NCBI RefSeq assembly: GCF_964204645.1
Contig: NC_134031.1
Coordinates: forward strand, 6,200,001-6,264,000
Direction of reading: 5' to 3'
Source of the DNA: Tubulanus polymorphus
Taxonomy: Eukaryota > Animalia > Nemertea
Length of the DNA: 64,000 bases
A program made the translations under genes and the position numbers. The notes under the pieces are model-generated. The model was not told where the DNA came from, did not search any database, and saw only the letters and a list, made by a program, of their open reading frames with translations. Positions 14,004 through 41,949 of this stretch are shown one piece after another; position 1 is the stretch's first letter; each line of letters begins with the position of its first letter.

Positions 14004-16658
14004 ACATGAAAAAGTTTCCTGTTTAAAATCGAAATATCGAATAATTTTGTCTGAAATAGTTAATACAATTAACTACCAGTACATTTTATATTCTCTTCAC
14101 ATGTTTGTTATCTGTAAAATACTGTAAAATTAGCAATTTTGCTTCACTTTCCTCAGAGAACTGTCTTAAATATGATACTACTTCTGCTGAAGTCGGGTTA
14201 GGCTCTCGGAAACCTTGCATATCAAAGTCCTAAGAAAATAACTGTGCCTCATTTTCTTTTGAGAATGAGCCTTGTTATGCATTTTATGAGATACTAGTGG
14301 GGTGAGCAACGATGTTTTTTTCTTTCAGTATATTCGATCCGGAAGTTTTTTCTAATGGATCACAAGTTCAAACTATTTTCGTGTTCATATTTCGTTGTCT
14401 CGAGGAGTATTTTCGTGTTGCACACGTTTCACGAAAAAGCGAATTGTTTATTTTTTCATGAACTATTGCGACGTATATGCAAGACAAGGTGCGTATAGTA
14501 TTACCGGTAGTACGTAGTAGTAGTACATTTATATGATGTATTTAACCTGAAATACTATTGAAAAATGAAAGATTTTAATTTTTGAATGAATAATTTATTT
14601 TATTACATCAGAAATTTATAAACACGATCAGGCAGCTGGTGAAACCAAATGATGATGTGAATGAATTATGAATTGTGAATATTATGCATACTACTATCAA
14701 AAATTCATGGTCTTTATGAATTTTGGTAATAGAAATAAAGCTTATGGCGTTTGAATTCTTGTTTTATTTTATTTCGATCGATCGGCTGGACTCTTTATAA
14801 AGTCTGACTTTCTATAGGTATTATTGTCAACTCTATTTCCCTCCCATGCCATATTGGGTGTTCTGCAATCTGCAATACTTGGTGCTAATTAAATGCTCAA
14901 TTCGAATGGTGGAAATGTAAGCAAATGTAGCAAGTAAGACAAGCCTGAGTTTACAAAAACGAATCAGTCGATAATGAATTAGATGACGGATATTTTGCCA
15001 GTAATAAGTGAATAAATCAATCGATGATATTAATACTAATTTGTTTACCGCTACTAGTAATCATCGCGCTTTACACAAAAATTATTAAAATGCCATTGCA
15101 AAACAAGAACATAAAAACACTGAAACTGTAGACATTATTCAATTAATGGTAAAAAGCTTTCCTAAAAAGATGTTTTGAGGTAAATGATAAACAAACTTCG
15201 TTGTAACCAAGGGTCTGAAAACGACCAGTTAATTTTCAAGGCGGCATCATCGCAGCATTGGAGCAGTGCATGGGATTCAAATTGTTTGCTACAGTCAACC
15301 TCGGAAACCTGGCCGAATTGTCAGATAAAGCAATTCTGTTGTGTTTAGTAGCAATAAAAAGCGATAAAGATCTTAATAGATCCCCGAAAAGTGGATATAC
15401 CGGTAAGGATCGTAGCTATATCGGCATGCCCAGTTTTCAATGAACAAACAGTACATAATTAGGCTGTGAATAATTCACATCTACAAACGGGATTCGAACC
15501 CACTTTCGTGTTGTAAGTTTGACTGATCGACGTAAGGTGGCGAGTTTTTTCTTGTTTCAGTTTCATTTCGGTGCCGGTCGGTCAGTGCTGGTTCGGTTGA
15601 TAAAAGCGCCTGCGAGAATCGTCGACCCGAGTCTATGATACGGTCAACAACGAGGTTAATGTTCGGAGGTGCTGTTGATAGCCTGAAAACATGTTGACAC
15701 CTTCATTCATATCATATCATAAACGATACAAAAGAATAAGTGAACCTTCTTTTATCCACGTCCACCATGTCCATGCATTATTGTCAGTAACCAGTTACCT
15801 GTCTGTTGCTGGTTGTATAGTTTCACGATCGGATATTTTCACTAACCATATAAGTTCATACCCGGATCCGAATAAAAGCTTCACCAATGATTAAATAACA
15901 TGATAACTTGAAAGATGAAATCCTGAAGAATCAGTGCAATGCCCTTTTGTTGAAAATATCTGCCTATCTTGTCTTATATATCTTGTAAAAATATGCTCTT
16001 TCCTACTTTTTGGATTGATAAAAACGACTAAAAGTGCCCTTTCTTGTTTTTTTTTCTGAATTGATTGATTAACGAATGTGCCTTTTTTGAAGTTATCTGC
16101 CTCGTCCTGTAAAAAATGTGCCCTTATCTACATTTCTGATTGATGGGGACGACTACATGTGCCCCTTTAACTATGGGGATGAGAAATTATAGAAAAAATT
16201 ATACAGCAAAAATTTGAAAAAGGGCACTTTCACCAGGGGTTCTTCTGAACCCTTCCCCACGAACCCCCACGGACCTGCATAGGACTAATACACCCAGTTC
16301 GCAGAGACAGAGCTAACAACTGCAGTGTGGTGTGAATGAAAGTAGGGATTATGCCCCCCAGTTCTCCAGCCCCATTTTCAACTTTTTACCCACAGATGCA
16401 CACCTAGCTGGCCTGCTGCAAACCACTCTAAAACACGCTTCTTTTGCCTTGTTAATTCCGACATCCAATGAATAGAGGCGCCAGCAGTGAAATCGAGATG
16501 TAGAAAATACATTGGTGATCAGTTCTTGAAATTGCGAAGTTAGGCTGCTCTCAACACATCCTACAAGATTGATTATGAATGGTCAAATCCTGATGATTTG
16601 TGATGATTTGCTTGTTGCTTGTTTTTAGAAGCATTTTGTTTTTTTTTTTACTAGAAAA

Positions 16659-32073
<15,415 letters not shown>

Positions 32074-32634
32074 TACGACGAACTGGTCGGAAATACCGTA
32101 GCTGGATTTCCAGGGACTGGAAATCTGTTCAGTAAAACTAATAATTTATTGCACCCAGTATGATGAAATCGGTGCATTTCAATGCGGGGGTGCATTATAG
32201 GTATCGCCTTGTCAGTCTGTCCGTCCGGTTTTACGTTTCCGGACGATAGCTTGTATCGTTCATAACGTATGTTGGATCTTCAAATTATAGTTGTTCGGTC
32301 AAACTCGCTTAAAGCCCAACTCGGGTCGACTAAGATCTGATCGGATCGTCGGATCATAAGCAGTGAAGTCTGCGATTTTTTAATCGGGAACCTTTTCGAC
32401 ATGAGTGTACTTACGACCACGGCGGATTGATCGCAGACCGATCGTAAGCCGAATTGTCAACTTTTTCAACTTGGGACAATGTAGGTCATCCAAGATGGCC
32501 GCCACATTCTATCACTTGTTTAGTATGTACTGTATATATTAATGATGATGTTTAATAAAAAAAGCTATGGTATAGATTCGATCTCATGAAATTTTTGTTG
32601 GTGTTTTTTCGAGCTTTTTGCCCTAACCACTTAA

Positions 32635-32909
32635 CCCTTTCAGTGCTGACTAATAAATACCCTATAGTGCTGGGGATAATTTGAAAATTTTGAAAAATTC
32701 CACCCTAGTGTGTTGAATAACGGGATACCACTATAATGCGTCTACACCGCGGCGCGGTGTATCGTTAGTTACTAATATTTTACTATGTTTGACAGGCGCA
32801 GCCATTTTTCAAGAGAGATAATTACTAATTACATCAATACACCGCAGTGCTGTGTACTAGCAAAAGCTATCACCGATTTATACACCGCAGTGTAGACGCA
32901 CTGAAAGGG
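32635..32909. mobile_element. piggyBac-like MITE family A, copy
   Basis: TTAA|CCCTTTCAGTGC...GCACTGAAAGGG|TTAA. Confidence 0.9.
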
Positions 32910-34575
32910 TTAAGGCCGGTGAGCTATTATGTTTTATTTTTGTCCATCCGATTGTCCATAGACAGAATCCAGTTACTTCGGGAAGAATCCAATATCTCAA
33001 AACATATTTTAGATGCTTATTTTTAAGCTATTTTTGCTGATTAAGTGGTTCGTTTGTTTTAAGAAAATTTCTTTATTTTCTCGAATGCTGTAAAGCGTGG
33101 AGACTATTTTATGGTTCTACGCTACATGAATAGATTATTATTATTATCATTATCAATTCAGCGGAAAGCGAGTTCAGCCTTGATTGGAATTGATTGGCAT
33201 GATTCAATAAAACAGTGATAACATCTACACTTGAAAATTAACCATCAGATGCACCTTTGAACATTGTATCACATTGATGTTAAGGGCAACATTGTTATTA
33301 ATACAAGTTGAATAGACACGACCAACTCAAAAAGTCGACTTATTTACTCGAAAAGTCTAGTTACGAATTCGAAAAGTCAACTTAATATCTCGAAAAGTCA
33401 ACTGAAAAAGTCGGAAGTCGACTTACTAATTCGAAAAGTCGGTTTTTTCAACTCAAAATAAAGTGTGTTGTTAGCTGAATTGCTCTTCCGTACTATGACG
33501 AGATGATTTCTATGGTGGTTGATAAGGGCCACAGGTAATAATGTTTACGTGACCTCGATTATAGAAAAACGCAAAACGAAACTACGAAACTAAGCAAAAA
33601 CGATAACTGCATTTTTGCTTCCGCGCAAAAACGAAAAGATTCTTTTTTTGCTCCATGATTTTTCGTTTTTGCTCCATAATATTCGTTTTTGCGCCCTTGT
33701 TTTTTGTTTTGCATTTTTCTACAATCGAGGTCATATAAAAAATAATTCATTAGAGCAAACACGAAAATATTACTTGAAAACGAAAGCAAACGAAAATATT
33801 ATGGAGCAAAAACAAATATTTTCCTTTTTCCTAGATGAAATTTCGTTTTTGTGCGAAAGTTCGCTCTTGCGTTTATGTAGTTCTTCTGGTGATCACGCGA
33901 AGCACGTTTATTCGCTTACGCTTATTGCTCTATCTCGACTAAATCCATTGTTGATCGGCATGCTTTTCAGAGTAATTTTTTGTGAACGATTTTCGTTTTT
34001 TTCATCTCGTCTGAAAAATTGAAATAAGACGTGCAAGCAGGATGCATATGAATTAAAACATTCATAGGGATGGGCCAGCCTAACTGCAGATTTTATATAT
34101 AGAACGACGACATTTTTATCTAAATAAAGAAAGCTATAAATCACTCGCCTATGCATCAATTTTAGACTATAAACCTAGGAGAGAATAAATTATTTAACTG
34201 TCATCCCTTCCCCCATTGCACCATGCACAGGGTCCAGTGCCTTAATTCTAAGTACAGCCAGTTGGCCAGCACTGGATCCTTCGTAACCGTATATAGTGCA
34301 CACTGACCTACTAACCTAATGTTCCACTAGATGGCGAACTAGTCAAACCTGACAGCCCAAACTGATTAAGCAGTAGAGCTGCCTTACAGTCGTTTAGATG
34401 CATAAAACACTGATAGGTGGCGCTAGCATTTGGAATTTGCGCTTTTGAAAAATGCGATTCAATGTTTTTCTTTTTAGTAATCCCACACGAAAGAGTTTTT
34501 TGGCAATCTACGAGGTATTGTTTTCGTTGAGAACGTGATAAATTTCATGACTTTCAGAGGTCAAAGATAAGCTTA

Positions 34576-34784
34576 CAGTCTTAAGTCCGTTATAACGCCA
34601 TCTTTTTTTAATGGCACTGCTCGCTTATAGCGCCAACATTTTTCAACGAACAATTTTTCTTAAGGAGTCCATGATCCAACTTCATTTCAATTAAAATTCC
34701 ATTTTTCATAACACCAAATTTATTTCAACGCCACGTTTTTCATTGGCGTCCCAATATTGGTGGCATTATAACGGACTATAACTG
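34576..34784. mobile_element. Tc1/mariner-type MITE
   Basis: TA|CAGTCTTAAGTCCGTTATAACGCCA ... TGGCATTATAACGGACTATAACTG|TA. Confidence 0.65.
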
Positions 34785-35681
34785 TATTGGTAAGTTCCAC
34801 TGGTATATACCGGGGTAATGTAAATTAACGGTAGAAATTCTTACCCACTGGTTTGCTCTTCAAATCATCGATTTCTTTTTCGCAAATGCTTGTAACTATA
34901 TCAATTAAGCAAACAGAACTTTTTACATTTTTTTGCGAATGGCAATCATTAAGATTGAGTAACCATGTCCAAACTTTAGCGTAAGGCATCGGGTATGGAT
35001 AGTATTGGCCCATCTGTTCCATCTGAGGCAAGATGACGGCTTGCTTATATTTGGAAAATATTGGGAATTTGTCTCAGAAATTATGGTGAAACTTACTTTG
35101 CTTTGTAATGATGACGAGGCTTTCATCAGCTGGAAGTGAAAAGTGAAAAGAAACGTAAGTATTCTGTTCAGTCTCCATTTATTGAACTACGTTGGAACCT
35201 CGTTGATACGAATCTTGTGGGCAAAAATGGAATTGTCGTAATAAACGGGTTTCGAATTATCCAAATCTTAATACAAATATCTTAACCAGATAATGCTGGT
35301 AAGAATCGTAATAACGAGGTTCTGTATCGATTCAATATCAAAATGGTACCTCCGATATTTTCTTCGTCGATCTGTTTAATAAGAGCCTCTACAAAAGACA
35401 CATTTCCAGTAAGTAAGTAAACTAATAGAGAATGAAAACGACATAAATAAATCTAGACCGATGTAATCGAGTTGGCAAATCTATCAGCGTATAGTGTTCT
35501 GCTTTTTTTCAAAATTCTTCTTTATCGAAATAGTGTCACAATAGATATAGAAATATTCTGCAAAATCTAAAGATTACAAATATCATATTCATTCTCAAAT
35601 CAAATTCATTTTTTTAGTCTCCAAATTTAGTTTTATTCCAAATTCTATTAATATCTTTATGCAATATGGCAGACACGCCTT

Positions 35682-36407
35682 TGTTATGGGTTTAGTGTCA
35701 GGATGTTTACATGCCATTCGTCTCTAAAAATCTAAAGATTAACCAAGCCTGACTTTGAAGACAATCAATAATTAAATCCCTCGCTCCCTGTTTGTTTAGT
35801 GTTGTTTACCGAGGTCAGCTGTCAGATTTGTGAGTCTGGTGGCTAATCAGCCAATGATATGTGCCTCCGACCCCGAGCTTGTTTGGGGTGGAGCTTGAGT
35901 CAAGGATGTCCAGCTCAGGCCTGGCTTGGTCATTCCTGCTCATGCTCTCGTTGAATAAAGATATCAACTACATATTCATTGGTTTGTCTTCAATCAAATT
36001 TCAGGTAAGCCATACTCAGATTCTGCTATATTTTTAGACTCTTTAGGCCTTTTCTTAATAATAATTATTCTAGGATTTATATTAGATTTTAAATTCTAAT
36101 CTCAGACTTTCAATTAGCTTTTAGCTAGTTTCCATTAGATTTGAGAAACAATTATTTTCACACAATATCCTTCCCGATCTTCTGTCAAAGCTAGCTATCT
36201 AAATTAGCTTAATCTTTATTAGTGTAATCTATATAAAATAACAAGATTATCTACTATCTAGAATAATGAATATAGATATATAGAAATTTATAGAATTAAT
36301 TGAAAAGGGAAATATAAATGATTAAAGCGCATATCTATAGTACCAATCTAAACACTAGTGTCATGTAAATATTTATAATCGTACTAGAATAATAATAATA
36401 ATAATAA

Positions 36408-36450
<43 letters not shown>

Positions 36451-36699
36451 CATTATTATTATCATTATTATTATTATTGGTTATCTTCATTGCTGAAATA
36501 CGAAACTGTTATTATAATTATTTCATAATCATATTTTCTAATTCTTAATTTTCATATGATAATTAATTATTGCATAATCACATTTCTTACTTAATACTTC
36601 TTGAAAACTTGTCATTCCTGCTCATGCTCTCGTTGAATAAAGATATCAACTACATATTCATTGGTTTGTCTTCAATCAAATTTCAGGATCGCTATAACG
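35682..36699 (+). mobile_element. Solo-LTR-like element with exact 76-bp internal direct repeat bracketing an intron-like spacer
   Basis: TGTTAT...ATAACG termini; 35929-36004 identical to 36611-36686, each with AATAAA; (AAT)n/(ATT)n microsatellite at about 36388-36478. Confidence 0.5.
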
Positions 36700-36899
36700 T
36701 AGTTTATTGTGGTAATATACACAACACTACAAGCGCATTAATCCATGACCAGTTTCACAGTTGTGAGTAAAGATTTGACTCGGAGTTAACTAATCGAAAA
36801 TTAACTAATTTTAACTCGGAGTTAACTCTAACTGATGACTGTGGAACTGGATCCACCACGTTAAGGCTTAGTATCTAATTGCCGAGAAAGATTTACCGG

Positions 36900-37087
36900 T
36901 ACAGCGGCACCTCGTTATAACGAACTCGGATACAACGATTCATCGGATATAACAAATATAGAATCTCATCCCAAGTAAGAAAACTTAATCGATTTCATAC
37001 TGGATATAACGACGAACTATCCGTTATAACGAACTATCGGTTATAACGAACAGATTTTCTGATCTCGTGAAGTTCGTTGTAACGAGG
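36900..37087. mobile_element. pogo/mariner-type MITE
   Basis: TACAGCGGCACCTCGTTATAACGAAC ... GTTCGTTGTAACGAGG with internal TATAACGA repeats; relative at about 35178-35326. Confidence 0.6.
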
Positions 37088-37237
37088 AAGCATTTTGTGA
37101 AAGTTTTGTAAGTTCATACACCTCTCTCAGACACATTTAAGTCATAGATCTTAGGAAGAGAGTTCAAATATCCGAATAACCATAGAAGCGATAACATTAA
37201 AAACCTCATTTTCTAATGAGTAAATACAGTTTATTAA

Positions 37238-37274
37238 CACGAACGTTTTCGGGATCATATCCCCTCATCAGGTG
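37238..37274 (-). ncRNA. Minimal hammerhead ribozyme in inverted Penelope arm
   Basis: Reverse complement of 38882-38918. Confidence 0.8.
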
Positions 37275-37616
37275 AAATACAAGTGAATCAAATGATTAAA
37301 CTACAGGTTTATATACAACATAAGTTACAAAATTACAAGTGCTAAATTCTAAGCTAATTACAAACCAAGTATTTAATTACAAACTAATTATTTGAATACA
37401 TTTAGGATAAAGGATGAGCCGTTTTGAAATAATTGTTGATTTAAAGAGGGTCGTTGCGCTTTAATAAACAGGGCCTCCCTAATTTTACAGTCGAGATCAG
37501 ATGAACCTTTGTCCATAATTTTGAATTTGTTGTTACTGAATTCCTGATCACAAGTGTGACAAATTGCGAGATGTTGTCCAATCGCAGAAGTCTTTGATCT
37601 GTGTTCCTTAATCCTG

Positions 37617-38768
37617 ATGGCCAAATGTCGTTTAGTTTTCCCATATGATCAGGCTACATTCAAAGAATTACTTAAAATCGCAACTTCGGGTTTGTTTATG
37701 TACAATGATCGTATTTTCAAGCAAGTTGATGGGGTCATCATGGGCAGCCCCTTAGGCCCAACCTTAGCGAACTTTTGTCTTGCCCATTTTGAAAACTTGC
37801 TCCTCTCCAAAACTAATTACAAACCGACATTATACCTGAGATACGTGGACGATATTTTCGGCATATTTCGAAATGTATCCAGTTATAGACTATTTTTTGA
37901 AGAATTGAATCGCCTCCATTCTAACCTTAAATTCACTTTTGAACTAGGTCCTAATCTATTACCTTTTCTCGATACCGAAATACAAATTCCGTTAGAAACC
38001 GGTAGTGACTTTATATCTCGAGTGTACAGGAAAGCTTCCAACACAGGCCTACTTTTGAACTTCAACGCCATGTGTCCGTATAAATGGAAAATAGGACTCA
38101 TCAATACCATGCTTTTTCGTGCCTACAATATTTGCAGTGATTGGACCATCTTTTCAGAAGAAATCAATTTCTTGAAAAATCTGTTTAAATCTAATGCGTT
38201 TCCTATTCATGTCATCGATCAATGTATTAATAGATTTTTGAAATCAAAACAGAACTCAGAACCTCAACCGAAACCTGTTGAAGATGGAATTGATCTATTC
38301 ATTTCATTACCGTATATTGGTAACCCGTCAATCCTATTTGCCCGAAAATTAAAATATCTATTTAAAAGGAATTTTGAAATCAACTTGAAATGTGCATTCA
38401 CTACGACCAAAATTAAGAATTTTTTCTCTTTGAAATGTGCTACCCCTAAATCGCTGAAGGCTAAAGTCATATATAAATTTAATTGTTTATGTGATATAAA
38501 CACTTCCTATATTGGGAAAACTAAACGACATTTGGCCATCAGGATTAAGGAACACAGATCAAAGACTTCTGCGATTGGACAACATCTCGCAATTTGTCAC
38601 ACTTGTGATCAGGAATTCAGTAACAACAAATTCAAAATTCTAGACAAAGGTTCATCTGATCTCGACTGTAAAATTAGGGAGGCCCTGTTTATTAAAGCGC
38701 AACGACCCTCTTTAAATCAACAATTATTTCAAAACGGCTCATCCTTTATCCTAAATGTATTCAAATAA
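37617..38768 (+). CDS. Penelope-like RT (C-terminal part) plus GIY-YIG endonuclease; start codon is a junction artefact
   Basis: FKQVDGVIMGSPLGPTLAN, YLRYVDDIF, LPFLD, VYRK; VIYKFNC...SYIGKTKRHLAIRIKEH...IREALFI...PSLN. First 9 codons derive from the inverted arm. Confidence 0.9.
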   Translation: MAKCRLVFPYDQATFKELLKIATSGLFMYNDRIFKQVDGVIMGSPLGPTLANFCLAHFENLLLSKTNYKPTLYLRYVDDIFGIFRNVSSYRLFFEELNRLHSNLKFTFELGPNLLPFLDTEIQIPLETGSDFISRVYRKASNTGLLLNFNAMCPYKWKIGLINTMLFRAYNICSDWTIFSEEINFLKNLFKSNAFPIHVIDQCINRFLKSKQNSEPQPKPVEDGIDLFISLPYIGNPSILFARKLKYLFKRNFEINLKCAFTTTKIKNFFSLKCATPKSLKAKVIYKFNCLCDINTSYIGKTKRHLAIRIKEHRSKTSAIGQHLAICHTCDQEFSNNKFKILDKGSSDLDCKIREALFIKAQRPSLNQQLFQNGSSFILNVFK

Positions 38769-38881
38769 TTAGTTTGTAATTAAATACTTGGTTTGTAATT
38801 AGCTTAGAATTTAGCACTTGTAATTTTGTAACTTATGTTGTATATAAACCTGTAGTTTAATCATTTGATTCACTTGTATTT

Positions 38882-38918
38882 CACCTGATGAGGGGATATG
38901 ATCCCGAAAACGTTCGTG
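38882..38918 (+). ncRNA. Minimal hammerhead ribozyme in Penelope pseudo-LTR
   Basis: CAC-CTGATGA-G-GGGAT-ATG-ATCCC-GAAA-ACGT-TC-GTG; palindromic AACGTT stem III. Confidence 0.8.
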
Positions 38919-40998
38919 TTAATAAACTGTATTTACTCATTAGAAAATGAGGTTTTTAATGTTATCGCTTCTATGGTTATTCGGACATTTAAGTCATATT
39001 CATTACAAATCCCGTCGTTTAAACATGTAGTGAACGAAACCGCAATACGAGGTTTCACGATTAAATACTTTTGTTTAGGACATCTATAATCTTACCAGTG
39101 TGACTTTGAAGCCTCTGTCGGATATATGAACCTGAAAGACGTGAAAAACCACTAAACGTAATTATTTGTATATATTTTTACATAGCATATACCATCGATC
39201 CAAAGGTTTTGATTAGGTAATTCAGAGACCTGACTAAGACTACTATTTGAGAGTGGTTTCTATTCTTTAAATAGCTCAACTACTCCCGAAAATCTCGAAA
39301 TGCTCTCAAAATCTGAATAATTTTGAGTGCATTTTTAATTAAACTATTTTTTTAATCTCAGAATACTCTCGTTTTGTTTGTGAAAACTATTAAGAATAGA
39401 GCTATATCAGGAAATCTGGTCAGGGTATCATAAGAACTGGTATAAGCATTGAGCAATTGAAATACATTTATCATGTATGAATTATTATTACTACTTTAAA
39501 TATGTCTATCATACGATGAATATCGCTAAGTGCAGCAAAGAGGTAATAACAGGGTTCTCATGTGATCGAACATCCAGCGGTAGGTAATGATATACTCACT
39601 TGCATTCTCAGCAGAAAAAGTAAAGTTTTTATCTGAAACCGAATTCGTAATAAAGATTTATTCGTGTTAGATATACGGTACACATTTTGACACCTGGATT
39701 AAACGAGTCGATGACAAATGCCATTGCCCTTGCCGTCACGAGCAGAAACGGGCGCAAAAATTATCGCGTTACAATCGAAGGTTAATTTTTGGCAATTTTC
39801 ATTTGGATTTACATACCACAGTTCTGATGCACGTAACCGAAAAGCAAAGTCCTCATTCGAGCTGAAAATACATGCAGAAGTACCATATTCACGGGGTTTT
39901 ATTGTTCTGGACGCTTTGTTTCATAAATCTGGCTAATTGTTAGAATGCCACGTCCAGATTGGCTAGAAATGTTGTCTTTTAAAAGTCACTTTAACCTACG
40001 AAAATATCATGTTTTTTAATGTTGTTTTAGATATGGTTTGAAAGAGTGAGAGCCGAGAAACATAGATATTTCTGTATATAGGAATTTCGTTTAAATTGCT
40101 ATAAAAGGTCTTTGGGTCTTTAAGGTCATCATGATATTTCTATAGAAAACAGCTAGAGTTTCATATATATTTTGTACAGATCCTGTATATCTATCTGCTT
40201 TCACGTTCATACCTTTATTAATTTCGATGGCTTCGCCAATGGCATTCCGAGCATGTTCCTCTAAAAAGAGAATAAAAAACAACATTTAAAACGCAATTCC
40301 TAATATGCATTTATGCTGATGACTTGGAAATAGTAGAGCAATCGAACAGTTCGATCTTACTAGCCGACCGACCGGCTGGGGTCCCGGATACATAATACAC
40401 ACCCTGACCGGTCACCAGTCACCACACCTGACTGGTCACCAGTCACCACAGCTTAATGGGTCACCATACTGACCAGACAAACTTAGAAGCTCGGGCGGTC
40501 ACCGGAACTTGGTGGTCTAGTGGTTAGATGACAAAGCTGGCTAGGGTTAGGGTTAAGGATATCCCCTGTTTGAATCAAGGTTTAGGTTCATGTTTTGATG
40601 CTATTTTGAACTGTTTTTCCTGTATAGGACTGATAGACATTTTTCAACCTGTTCATATGTTATACTATTATATATTTCATCATTTACAATGAAGTTTTGT
40701 ACAAGGAATATTCATATTCAAATCAGTTACATTTATATTTCACACAATAGTAAACTTCCACAAATCTGGGTTAATTGTGTTGAATTCGTGAGAATTGATT
40801 TTCTATTCGCTGTTAACAATAAATCTTACAAATAAATTGTAGCTGTCGCAAAGTCTTAATAACATCTTAACATTAAAGTTAAATCAATTTTCCAATACGT
40901 GTGAAAACACGGTCAGTTCCAGATCATTCCTCAACCAGTTAATAGACTCTCAGTCAGTCAGTACCCACTCAGACAGTCGGTACACTCTCTTGAGCCTC

Positions 40999-41949
40999 AT
41001 GAATTCCACTCAGATTCAAATTGGTGGAACTTATAACAGTTACATCGTTCTCATGTCTGTGGTAAACAGGTCTGGAATCCACCGCACTGTGTCACTGGTC
41101 ATTCTGCCTATCTTGTTCCTGCTTGGAGCGTTTGGAAATTCAGCTACTTTCCTGATAATGATAAGTCGCAGATTCCGCAGTTTATCCTACGCGAACTATC
41201 TTATCGGTCTTTCAGTGTGTGATTCCATATACTGTACAAATTCTACACTGATGCCGGTTTTACAGTTCGTTCTCTTGCATTTAAAAACAGGTCCTATATT
41301 CATGATGAATTCACTGATCAGTTGTCAAATCTATGAAATTGTATTCGCGGTTGCAGTCATCAACAGTTCGTGGTTTATAGTAGCAATATCTCTAGAACGT
41401 GCGGCAGTTGTGCTCTTCCCGTTCACATCTCGTTTGATATGTACACCGAGATTCGCTAGATTTGCTATATTGATAATTACTGCAGTGAATGTACTGGTTC
41501 TATATCTCACACCCGGTTTGTCGATGCTTTTCACCAACCAGTTCATAGGATGTTACTATAAATTATTTGACCAAATAAGATTTTTCCTCATAGTTGTGAT
41601 CCACGTGTACCTTTTACCGTTAATTTTTATCATTATATCAAATTCTGTTATAATAATTCAGTTATTCAGAGGTTCAAAAATGGTTTCGTCTGATCAGAAA
41701 ACTACGAAATCAAAACGTACAACAATAATGCTTGTAACAGTTTCACTCGCATTTGCAATGTTTACAGTTCCAAACACTATTACTGCAATATTACCAGTCT
41801 CGCCGGAGCAAAGAGATTTTCTTTATGACATTTCCACACAATTCTTAATGTGTAACTATGTGGTAAATTTCTACATATATCTCTTATTGGGGCGAGAAAT
41901 TCGTGAATATTTTTGTACGAAAATCCGCTGTAGAAATTTAATCAAATAA
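40999..41949 (+). CDS. Intronless class A GPCR, divergent peptide-receptor-like/chemoreceptor-like, 316 aa
   Basis: Seven hydrophobic segments; GN in TM1, LSVCD in TM2, Cys atop TM3, SLER (DRY equivalent), P in TM5/TM6, NFYIY (NPxxY equivalent). First ATG at 40999. Confidence 0.88.
   Translation: MNSTQIQIGGTYNSYIVLMSVVNRSGIHRTVSLVILPILFLLGAFGNSATFLIMISRRFRSLSYANYLIGLSVCDSIYCTNSTLMPVLQFVLLHLKTGPIFMMNSLISCQIYEIVFAVAVINSSWFIVAISLERAAVVLFPFTSRLICTPRFARFAILIITAVNVLVLYLTPGLSMLFTNQFIGCYYKLFDQIRFFLIVVIHVYLLPLIFIIISNSVIIIQLFRGSKMVSSDQKTTKSKRTTIMLVTVSLAFAMFTVPNTITAILPVSPEQRDFLYDISTQFLMCNYVVNFYIYLLLGREIREYFCTKIRCRNLIK

Larger units (their letters stand above)
37147..38984 (+). mobile_element. Penelope-like retroelement, 5'-truncated, with about 500-bp inverted copy of its 3' end
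   Basis: 14-bp TSD ACATTTAAGTCATA (37133-37146, 38985-38998); 37147-37643 is the reverse complement of 38513-38984 plus a short extension; arms differ at very few sites. Confidence 0.93.

Noticed and set aside
15480-15515. GGGATTCGAACCC B-box as a tRNA gene
   Set aside because: No cloverleaf; likely a SINE remnant. The SINE heads at 27121 and 63272 also lack a complete acceptor stem.
37388-37624. Minus-strand 78-aa ORF as a separate nuclease gene
   Set aside because: It is the inverted copy of the Penelope 3' end and lacks the N-terminal GIY motif.
40541-40558. TTAGGG repeats as an interstitial telomere
   Set aside because: Only two to three units, within a probable dispersed repeat.
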